Source of the DNA: a virus
Taxonomy: Duplodnaviria; Heunggongvirae; Uroviricota; Caudoviricetes; Thumleimavirales; Hafunaviridae
IMG/VR virus record: IMGVR_UViG_638276137_000001
Coordinates: 1 to 64,000 of that record
DNA length: 64,000 bases
Reading direction: 5' to 3' (one strand)
Below the pieces are notes generated by a model. That model did no database searches. It was not told the DNA's origin and was given only the letters and a program-made list of their open reading frames with translations. Of the stretch, positions 37,516 to 45,266 are shown one piece after another; within the stretch, counting starts at the first letter, position 1; every line of letters begins with the position of its first letter. Position numbers and translations under genes: made by a program.

Positions 37516-38880
37516 ATGATTGTAGAAGGAGAAAGCACGACAGCAGAGGTACACCTACCAGAAGAAGAAGTGGAAGACGGACTCCAAGAGGAAATACAGG
37601 AGATGGTTGACCACGAGGCGTTCCAGAACCCCGTGAAGTTCATGCCGGACTGTCACGGGGGACTCGGCCCGGCGTGTATCGTCGGGTTCTCGATGCCGCT
37701 GACTGACCGCGTGATTCCGAAGACGGTCGGGGGCGACATTGGGTGTGGCATGACGGCGGCACGACTCGATGTGTCGAAAGCCGACCAGCCCTCCGACATA
37801 GACGACTTCCGTGCGGTGAACAAGGAGGTGCGCGACCGGGTTCCGATGGGGACGGGTCGCGTTCACAAAGAACAGAAGGTCGAACTTGAGTGGTCGTTCC
37901 CGTGGTGGAAGGCGAACGAGAAGCTACTCCACTTCTACGACGCGATGGACTTCGACTACGAGAGTAGGGACGAGGGGATGTTCCGCCCGTCTTACTTCGA
38001 GAAGATGTGTAAGCGGGTCGGAATCGACGTGGACTACGCAATCCGCTCTCTCGGGACGCTCGGCTCGGGTAATCACTTCATCGAGCTGGCTGAGTCCGAG
38101 GTGTCCGACGAGATGTGGGTGGTCGTTCACTCCGGCTCTCGGAACCTCGGTCAGAAGGTCGCGTCGTACTGGCAAGAGAAGGCGACCGAACACCGTGACG
38201 CCGACGTGAAGTGGAGTGAGATGGGCGAGCGGTTGAAGCACTACACGAACCCGGACGGCTCCCCGGATTGGGAGAAGATTCGGCTCTACAACGAAGGCGA
38301 GGAAATCGAGCGTATCGGGTCGGAGATTGAGTCCTACTCCCCGGACTCGAACCGGAACAAAGACCTCGACTACCTCGAAGGCCGCGAAGCCTACGGGTAT
38401 TACTACGACATGATGCTCGCTCAGACTTACGCGAGCTTCAATCGCCTTCTCATGGTTCAGGAGGTGGCCGAAACCCTCGATGCGTCGATTACCAAGTTCC
38501 TCAACTCCCCGCACAACTACGTGGACTTCGAGGATATGGTGATTCGGAAAGGCTCCACCCGCGCTCAGAACGGTGAGCTGTTCACCATCCCGATGAACAT
38601 GGAAGACGGAACCCTGCTCTGCCGAGGTCGCGGAAACCCCGAATACAACTACTCGGCTCCCCACGGCGCGGGCCGACTCGGTTCCCGTGGATGGGCGCAC
38701 TCGGAGTTCGACGCCGACGAAGCCCGCAAGCGGATGTACGACAACGGAACGTACTCTGCTCGGGTTCCGGGCGACGAAGTGCCGGAAGCGTACAAGCCAC
38801 CGGAGCTAATCGAGGAACACATCACCCCGACTGCCGAAGTCGTTGACCGGCTGAAGCCCGTGATTAACTTCAAGAAATAG
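37516..38880 (+). CDS. rtcB: RtcB-family 3'-phosphate/5'-OH RNA ligase
   Basis: RtcB motifs GGDIGCGM, GTLGSGNHFIE, HSGSRNLG and C-terminal SAPHGAGR (nucleophile His). Confidence 0.9.
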   Translation: MIVEGESTTAEVHLPEEEVEDGLQEEIQEMVDHEAFQNPVKFMPDCHGGLGPACIVGFSMPLTDRVIPKTVGGDIGCGMTAARLDVSKADQPSDIDDFRAVNKEVRDRVPMGTGRVHKEQKVELEWSFPWWKANEKLLHFYDAMDFDYESRDEGMFRPSYFEKMCKRVGIDVDYAIRSLGTLGSGNHFIELAESEVSDEMWVVVHSGSRNLGQKVASYWQEKATEHRDADVKWSEMGERLKHYTNPDGSPDWEKIRLYNEGEEIERIGSEIESYSPDSNRNKDLDYLEGREAYGYYYDMMLAQTYASFNRLLMVQEVAETLDASITKFLNSPHNYVDFEDMVIRKGSTRAQNGELFTIPMNMEDGTLLCRGRGNPEYNYSAPHGAGRLGSRGWAHSEFDADEARKRMYDNGTYSARVPGDEVPEAYKPPELIEEHITPTAEVVDRLKPVINFKK

Positions 38881-38894
38881 AACCCTGTTTGCCA

Positions 38895-38929
38895 CCCCTG
38901 ACCCCCCGTGGTCAGGGGTCTTTTTTATT
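38895..38929 (+). terminator. Stem-loop plus oligo-T terminator after rtcB
   Basis: 9-bp perfect stem cccctgacc/ggtcagggg with loop ccccgt, followed by tctttttta ttttaa. Confidence 0.55.
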
Positions 38930-38971
38930 TTAAGTAGTAACTTTATCAGACCTCCAACCGAACATCTGTAT

Positions 38972-39439
38972 ATGGCATCTGAAGAACCAGATGGTGTCTT
39001 GACGCTGGAACTTTCGGGGGATGACGGACTCCAAGCGTTTAATAGATTCATCGAGGAGACTGGTTTTAGCGATACAGTCAATAGCATCAAGGTCACAATC
39101 GAGGCCGACTCCCCGATTGATTTGACTGAATACATCACGGGGAGTGAGATAGAGAAAAGAGAGTCTGACCCGCCTGATGTGGTTACGTTTGAAGACGGCT
39201 CTCGGACTCGAAAGCTGGCGGAGTTTCTATACGAATACAACGGCGACGGGTGGTACACGACTAACGAAATTCGGGATTCTCTCACCGAGGATTGTGGGAT
39301 TGACCCCGACGACGTGAGCCAAATTCTGTGGGAGCTATCCGAGCGTGACGTTGTGGAGAAGCGCCCCTTCGATGGGGATGGTCGGAAGAAGGAGTATCGC
39401 CTGAACGAGCTTGGTTTTCGCTCGGTCGAAGCTCTTTGA
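38972..39439 (+). CDS. Putative winged-helix DNA-binding protein
   Basis: C-terminal segment WYTTNEIRDSLTED...SQILWELSERDVVEKRPFDGDGRKKEYRLNELG looks like a wHTH (PadR/ArsR-like). It is the last plus-strand gene before the integrase. Confidence 0.5.
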   Translation: MASEEPDGVLTLELSGDDGLQAFNRFIEETGFSDTVNSIKVTIEADSPIDLTEYITGSEIEKRESDPPDVVTFEDGSRTRKLAEFLYEYNGDGWYTTNEIRDSLTEDCGIDPDDVSQILWELSERDVVEKRPFDGDGRKKEYRLNELGFRSVEAL

Positions 39440-40633
39440 CTACCAGATTTGTTCGACGGCGCTCCCTCGGGTGTCTGAGTCTGAGTGGAGGTACTTCATC
39501 GTCGTCGTGACGCTCTTGTGGCGGAGCTGTTCTTTCGCGTGGTGAGGCCCGACGTGGTTAGCCCAATACGTAGCGACCCCGTGGCGGATGCTGTACCACG
39601 AGAGGTCGTCTTTCTGGTTTTCGGGTATCGGGACGTTCCCCGACTCGATGATTCGTTCCAGCAGGCCGTTACACGAGTCGGATGTGTACGACCGGGCTTT
39701 CTGCGTGAGCCATAGCTCGTCCCGACCGTCGTACTTCTCCATCGTCTTGCGTTCCTCCATCCAGCGTTCGAGAGCCTTCGCGGTGCGTTTCTGTATCGCG
39801 CAATTCCAATGGCCCTCGTTCTTCGTGGACTCGTCCTTCGGGATGTTCAGCTCGTTGTCTTGGAGGTTGACCCACGAGACTTTGGCGCGTCCAACCTCGA
39901 TGGGTCGAAGCCCACAATCCAGAGTCGTCGCTATCATCGAGGGGTACTTCCACGAGTTTGCTTTCTTGAACTCGTCAGCCCCGACTTTTTCCTTCGGAAC
40001 TTGGAGACGCATCGAGACGTAGTTTTTCAACTCTGTGCGTTCCTCCGGCGTACACGAGTAGTAGCTTTTGACCGACGAGTGTTGGAGCGCGGCTTGATAC
40101 AGCGGCTCGAACGCGGCTCGTCGGAGGTAGTCTCGCTCGTCGCCGTTGGACTGGCTGAGTTCGAGGTCGGGTTCCCAATCGTAGTCTTTGCCCTGCGCGT
40201 GGTTACAGTAGCGGAAGTAGCGGCGAATGTCCTTCGCGTGGTGAAGCACGGTGCTGTCAATCATCGAGTCGCTTTGATTCAACAGCGAGATGAACTTCTC
40301 CGCGTGTTCGGGCGTGAACTTGGTGGTGTATTGGCCCTCGTATTTCCATAACCAGCGGAAGACGGTTTCGAGCTTGTAGTGGGTGGACTCCAGCGTGGTG
40401 CGGGCGAGTCCTTCGTACTTGTCGGGATTCTTCCCGTAGTTGCCGAGCCACGTCAGAACTTCCTCTTTGAAGTCGTGGTAGTCTTCGACCATGTTGAGGC
40501 CGAAGGCTTCGAGGTCTTCTCGTGAGCGTTTGCTGACGAGGGGGAATCCAAACTCGATGGGTTCGGGCGCGGGTGGTATATCCTCGGATGCCGCGCTCAT
40601 TTCCACGCTATCGAGGGGGTCGGTTTGGTTCAT
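39440..40633 (-). CDS. Tyrosine recombinase / integrase (XerC/D family)
   Basis: C-terminal catalytic region RHGVATYWANHVGPHHAKEQLRHKSVTTTMKYLH contains HxxR and the terminal Tyr. 397 aa. Confidence 0.85.
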   Translation of the reverse strand: MNQTDPLDSVEMSAASEDIPPAPEPIEFGFPLVSKRSREDLEAFGLNMVEDYHDFKEEVLTWLGNYGKNPDKYEGLARTTLESTHYKLETVFRWLWKYEGQYTTKFTPEHAEKFISLLNQSDSMIDSTVLHHAKDIRRYFRYCNHAQGKDYDWEPDLELSQSNGDERDYLRRAAFEPLYQAALQHSSVKSYYSCTPEERTELKNYVSMRLQVPKEKVGADEFKKANSWKYPSMIATTLDCGLRPIEVGRAKVSWVNLQDNELNIPKDESTKNEGHWNCAIQKRTAKALERWMEERKTMEKYDGRDELWLTQKARSYTSDSCNGLLERIIESGNVPIPENQKDDLSWYSIRHGVATYWANHVGPHHAKEQLRHKSVTTTMKYLHSDSDTRGSAVEQIW

Positions 40634-40818
40634 CGTCCGTTCCCCCCACTCTGTGTTCCCGCGCGTGCGGGGTTACACGTTATAGTGTCCTGACAACTAC
40701 ACAAATCGCAAGACGGCGCGGTGGTGGTCGTTTGTGGGTAGAGTGCGTTCTTGGTTCGCATTGTTTCGTCTCCAAGAAGCACGCAAAATGGGGTGAGAAT
40801 CCCCGTGAAGGCTGAAAG

Positions 40819-40889
40819 CCTGAGGGGGGATTTGAACCCCCGGTCTCGTCCTTACCAAGGACGCGCTTTACCGAGGTGGCCTTCGGCCC
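40819..40889 (-). other. tRNA-like fragment (T-arm GGGGG-TTCAAAT-CCCCC plus a Thr-like GGT anticodon arm) without a matching 5' acceptor strand; candidate attP core
   Basis: On the minus strand it reads ...CGTCC-TTGGTAA-GGACG...GGGGG-TTCAAAT-CCCCC-CTCAGGC. I could not find a 5' strand that pairs with CTCAGGC, so it looks like a partial or degenerate tRNA next to the integrase. Confidence 0.35.
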
Positions 40890-41086
40890 TGAAAGGGGCT
40901 ACCTTTGCCGGTAACTCCCCCTCTGCGTGCCTCTGTACCAGCTACTACAAATCCTATTTATAAATAAATAGGGGGTATAGCCCCGTATGCCGTCTGTGGA
41001 CACCCCGTTTCCACAAACGAATGTGGGGAAATGAAGTCCAAAACACTACCCCCCGTTTTATAATCCCCCGGTGTGTGGTTCTTTAT

Positions 41087-41275
41087 ATGCAACTCACCCC
41101 GAAACACCTCGCCTTCCTCGAACACGAGATGGAACAAATCAAGGACGACCTCGACCGAGACTACGAAGACCGAAACCTCGCCGCAGAAATCTTCGGCATG
41201 GTCGAAGGGGAAATAGAGTGGGAAAAAGAGCGTCAACACAACGGCGACGTTTCCCCCGAAGAAATCTTTTCCTGA
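41087..41275 (+). CDS. Small acidic protein upstream of the restriction-modification gene
   Basis: ORF 41021..41275 trimmed to ATG 41087 (MQLTPKHLAF). Confidence 0.3.
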   Translation: MQLTPKHLAFLEHEMEQIKDDLDRDYEDRNLAAEIFGMVEGEIEWEKERQHNGDVSPEEIFS

Positions 41276-41344
41276 GTCAACGCATCGAACTCGGTGGCGC
41301 ACCTCGGCCTAACGATTGAGTAACCCGTCCCATATACAACCTTT

Positions 41345-44300
41345 TTGAAGGTATGCTGTTTGTGGTCTGTTATGGTAGATACGTCGGAGTTTCTTGAATC
41401 CCTCCACGGGATAGCATCCCGACTCGATGCGGATATGAGTGAGAAGGACGTTGAAAATGCCTTCCTTAATGAAAGCTTCTTTAGTATTCTCGGGTACGAG
41501 GGCGCAGGGTACGACCTGAGAAGCGAGTGGACTCTCCCCGACGACCGACGACCGGACTACGTAACTCTGGACGAAAGCGAATCAGTCACCGCTGTATTCG
41601 AGTTCAAAACAACTGGACGTGACCTCTCTCCTAACGAAGACCAGCTTTTCCACTACGTTAACGAGCTGAAAGCTGACTACGGGGTTCTCACGAACGGTGA
41701 GGAGTTCAGGCTCTACAAGCGGGAGGGCCGTAGTAGAATCGTCGGAATTGCTCTCGAAAATGCGACCGAGAGTGACGCCGCAGATATAGCATCTGCCCTC
41801 AAGAAACCGGAATGGGACATTACTGACCCTGATGGTGTTCAAGAATACATCGCCTCGCTCGATGAGGTAGAACTCAATTCAGACCTCGGGCGAGAACACT
41901 TCTTCGACACATTCCGCTTGGAGGAGAACAGCCCATTCGCTGACCTCATAACGGCGCTGATGGACTTGCTCGTGGAGCTGAGAGATGAACAAGATGCGAA
42001 GTTTGTGACGGGGGCCTACGACTTTTGGGAAGCCAGCTACGCGAGCGAACCCGACGAAACGCCCGACTCGTGGGAACCCTTCATCGGAGGGGAACACTCC
42101 CTTCGTGACTTTATGTTTTGTCTGGAGAGCGGCCACGCGCTTCTCGCTCGGCTCCTACTCGCCAAAGCGACGGAAGACCACGACTTCTTCCGAAACACCG
42201 CCTACGGAGGGATGAGCGAATACTTCAGAGGACTCGAAGGATTCGGGGACAACATCAGCCTCGATGCCTACCCCGTCGCCGCCAACGGGCTGATTGAGGA
42301 TATGGAAGAACACCTCGTTCAGAGCCTTTTCGAGGACGACATCTTCATCTGGTGGACTGACGGCTTCGCGGAGCAAATGACCCGTTCCCACGCATCGAGG
42401 GCAAGCCAGTTCCAAGACGTAGCGAAGGGGACGGGCGAGGTCACAAAAATCAGTCCGGCGACCCGCGACCGATTCAGCCGAGCAATTGCCCACGTCTTCT
42501 TCTCTGTCCTGAAGTTCGACTTCGAGGAAATCGAAGGCGACCTCTTGGGCGACCTCTACCAGCACTACTTCGACCCGGAGACACGCAAAGCTCTCGGGGA
42601 GTTCTACACGCCACAGCCGGTCATCGACTACATTATGGACGGCGTTGATTACAACGTCGGCGTCTCTGGTGAGCGGCTAATTGACCCGTCCTGCGGGTCG
42701 GGGACGTTCCTCGTGGAAGCCGTAAATCGGTACATCGAGGACGTGAAGCGATACAACGACGACCCCGATTGGGAAGAACACCTCACCGACCTCTGTACGA
42801 CACCCCACATCGTCGGCCTCGACATTCACCCGTTCGCTGTCCTGATGGCACAGATTCGGTTTATGGTCGCTATCCTCCCCGAGTATCGGGATGCGAAAGA
42901 GGACAACCGCGACTTCACTATTCGTCGGCTCCCCATCTACCGAACAGACACGCTTCGGAACGAGCGTGAGCTGACAGGTATCGACCTCGGGAACGACGGG
43001 CAGAAGCAAATGACCCTCGATGGGGTGACGGACGACAATCAGGATGTGAAGATTCCTGTCCCGCTCCCCGTGGAGGTCGATGAAGACGAAGTAGAGGAGA
43101 CTGAAGATGGGTTCCTCGTTCAGCGGGTTCGGATGCCGCTGTACGACACGGCCCGCCTGAACGCCAGCATCCACAACTTCGGGGAATACTTCGCGGCTCT
43201 ACAAGGCGTTCTCGACGTTGTGAAGTGGTATATGGAGGAGGAGACGTGGGAATACAGCGGTGGGCTTGAACAGGGAATCTACCGCTATACAAACCAAGAG
43301 TACGACGGCATCGAGGAGTTCTTCGCTCCCTACGTGGACGATATTCTGAACACCGTTCGGTATCTCCGTGAGGAACACGGCGACGGTCGCCTGTTCAAAA
43401 TCTTCGAGGACACCGTTCTCGCTCTGGTCGTCAAGAACTACATGGACTACGACTACGTGGTGGGGAATCCCCCCTACGTTCGTATCCAGCATCTCCCCGA
43501 CCAGCAGAAGGCGATGCTCGAACAACTGTATGACTCCACCACGGGGAACTACGACCTCTACTGCCCCTTCTACGAGCGTGGGCTTGACTTCCTGAAAGAC
43601 GGAAATGGGAAGCTCGGGTACATTACGCCCAATCAGTTCATGGTCACGGACTACGGCGAGGGGATACGTCGTGTCCTGCTTCGAGACTCCCGACTCGATG
43701 AAATCTACGACTTCCGTGATTCAGGAGTCTTCGAGGACGCAACGAACTACCCGGCAATCGTGATTGCGGAAGATGAGCCGGATGAGGACGTTCGAGAGAA
43801 CAACGAGATTCGGTGTGTCCGGGTCAAAGGGAACGTGGATGAGGATAGTGGGCCTTCGGTAGACGAAGAAATCATCGAGGGGGTTCGAGAACATCGTGGA
43901 GAACCCGGTTACAGCGACGACTATATTGACGTATTCGACTACCCCCAGTCCGAGCTGGACGAAAACTACTGGCCTCTCTGCCCTCCCGAGGAGCGGAAGA
44001 TTCTGAACAAGCTCGACGAGAACCGGGATTCGCCCCTCGAAGAAGTCGTGGACTCCGCGTTCGCGGGAACACAGACGAGTGCGAACAAGGTCTTCGTTGT
44101 TGTTCCGGTCAATGCGGATAGGATTGAGGCTGGTGAACAGGGAGACGTTGTTAGAGTAATTCCGCAAGGAGAGGAGAAGGAATACGAGATTGAGACAGAC
44201 CTTCTCAAGCCGTGGTTACAGGGTCGAGATATAGAGCGGTGGCGGGGTGATTGGTCTGGACAGCACGTTATCTCTCCGTACAGAGAGACAGACGATGGTG

Positions 44301-45238
44301 ATGTTGAACTCATCCCCGAGGATTACATCAGGGATGAACTCCCGCTGTCGTGGGATTACTTCGAGGCCCACAAGGAAACCTTAGAGGGACGTGAAGGTGG
44401 GAAGTGGGAGGGGCGCGACGATTGGTATGCCTTCGGCTATCCGAAAAGTATGGAGCGGTTCGAGAAGCCGAAGCTAATCGGAGCTGAGATTGCTGGTGAG
44501 GCCACGTTCATGCTGGACGAAAAGGGGACGTGGTACTTCAAGGCAGGATACGGTGTTCAGTTGGAGCCGAAATATCAAAACCGAACGGAGACTTTCGCCG
44601 CGCTCCTGAACTCAAATGTCCTTGACTTCTACCTCAAGCACATCACGAGCATCAAGATGGGAGGGTACTACAAATACACCTCTCACTATCTCGAACCGCT
44701 ACCAGTCTCGTGGGGGAGCGACAGTCAGCGGGAGAGTATCAACAGTACCCTTTCCGATATTGTGACTACCTTCGATACGGAGAATCGGATTGATAGGTTC
44801 CCTGAAGCGTATCTTGGTGAGTACGACGGGAACCTCGATTACATCAACTATGAGTGGCAGACTCGCAGATACCCGGTCAATGCGGATATTCAGGAGAAGT
44901 CCGATGGCCGGTTCGCCGTTACTGCTGGTCGTTCAGACGAAATCACTCATCCGGTGATGGATTCAGGAAACCGCGAGGTACGGAAACTTCGAGCGAAGTA
45001 CGTTCACGCCGCCGTTGACGGTCGGAATATGAAAAGCGGTGAGGAGCAGACGATTCCGATACCACAGACTCGTCGGGGAGTGGAACAGCTCATCGAGTCG
45101 TTTGAAGAAGACCGAGAAACCATCGAGAACGCGAGTATTGACGAACTGGAAAGAGAGATTGATAGCTCGGTCTACGACATATTCGGGTTAACCGACGAGG
45201 AGAGGGAGGTCGTGGACGAATACATGGAGGTCTTCTGA
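41345..45238 (+). CDS. Type IIG (MmeI-like) single-chain restriction endonuclease / N6-adenine DNA methyltransferase
   Basis: N-terminal PD-(D/E)xK region RRPDYVTL...AVFEFKTTG. Gamma-class methyltransferase motif I DPSCGSGTFLVEA precedes motif IV VVGNPPYV. A long C-terminal putative target-recognition region follows. 1297 aa. Confidence 0.7.
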   Translation: MKVCCLWSVMVDTSEFLESLHGIASRLDADMSEKDVENAFLNESFFSILGYEGAGYDLRSEWTLPDDRRPDYVTLDESESVTAVFEFKTTGRDLSPNEDQLFHYVNELKADYGVLTNGEEFRLYKREGRSRIVGIALENATESDAADIASALKKPEWDITDPDGVQEYIASLDEVELNSDLGREHFFDTFRLEENSPFADLITALMDLLVELRDEQDAKFVTGAYDFWEASYASEPDETPDSWEPFIGGEHSLRDFMFCLESGHALLARLLLAKATEDHDFFRNTAYGGMSEYFRGLEGFGDNISLDAYPVAANGLIEDMEEHLVQSLFEDDIFIWWTDGFAEQMTRSHASRASQFQDVAKGTGEVTKISPATRDRFSRAIAHVFFSVLKFDFEEIEGDLLGDLYQHYFDPETRKALGEFYTPQPVIDYIMDGVDYNVGVSGERLIDPSCGSGTFLVEAVNRYIEDVKRYNDDPDWEEHLTDLCTTPHIVGLDIHPFAVLMAQIRFMVAILPEYRDAKEDNRDFTIRRLPIYRTDTLRNERELTGIDLGNDGQKQMTLDGVTDDNQDVKIPVPLPVEVDEDEVEETEDGFLVQRVRMPLYDTARLNASIHNFGEYFAALQGVLDVVKWYMEEETWEYSGGLEQGIYRYTNQEYDGIEEFFAPYVDDILNTVRYLREEHGDGRLFKIFEDTVLALVVKNYMDYDYVVGNPPYVRIQHLPDQQKAMLEQLYDSTTGNYDLYCPFYERGLDFLKDGNGKLGYITPNQFMVTDYGEGIRRVLLRDSRLDEIYDFRDSGVFEDATNYPAIVIAEDEPDEDVRENNEIRCVRVKGNVDEDSGPSVDEEIIEGVREHRGEPGYSDDYIDVFDYPQSELDENYWPLCPPEERKILNKLDENRDSPLEEVVDSAFAGTQTSANKVFVVVPVNADRIEAGEQGDVVRVIPQGEEKEYEIETDLLKPWLQGRDIERWRGDWSGQHVISPYRETDDGDVELIPEDYIRDELPLSWDYFEAHKETLEGREGGKWEGRDDWYAFGYPKSMERFEKPKLIGAEIAGEATFMLDEKGTWYFKAGYGVQLEPKYQNRTETFAALLNSNVLDFYLKHITSIKMGGYYKYTSHYLEPLPVSWGSDSQRESINSTLSDIVTTFDTENRIDRFPEAYLGEYDGNLDYINYEWQTRRYPVNADIQEKSDGRFAVTAGRSDEITHPVMDSGNREVRKLRAKYVHAAVDGRNMKSGEEQTIPIPQTRRGVEQLIESFEEDRETIENASIDELEREIDSSVYDIFGLTDEEREVVDEYMEVF

Positions 45239-45266
45239 CTCAGCCAATCGAATTTAGCGCGAAGGT

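Noticed and set aside
40751-40963. 70-aa plus-strand ORF overlapping the tRNA-like fragment next to the integrase
   Set aside because: It overlaps the T-arm sequence, has Arg/Pro-rich composition and lacks start context, so it is more likely non-coding att-region DNA.
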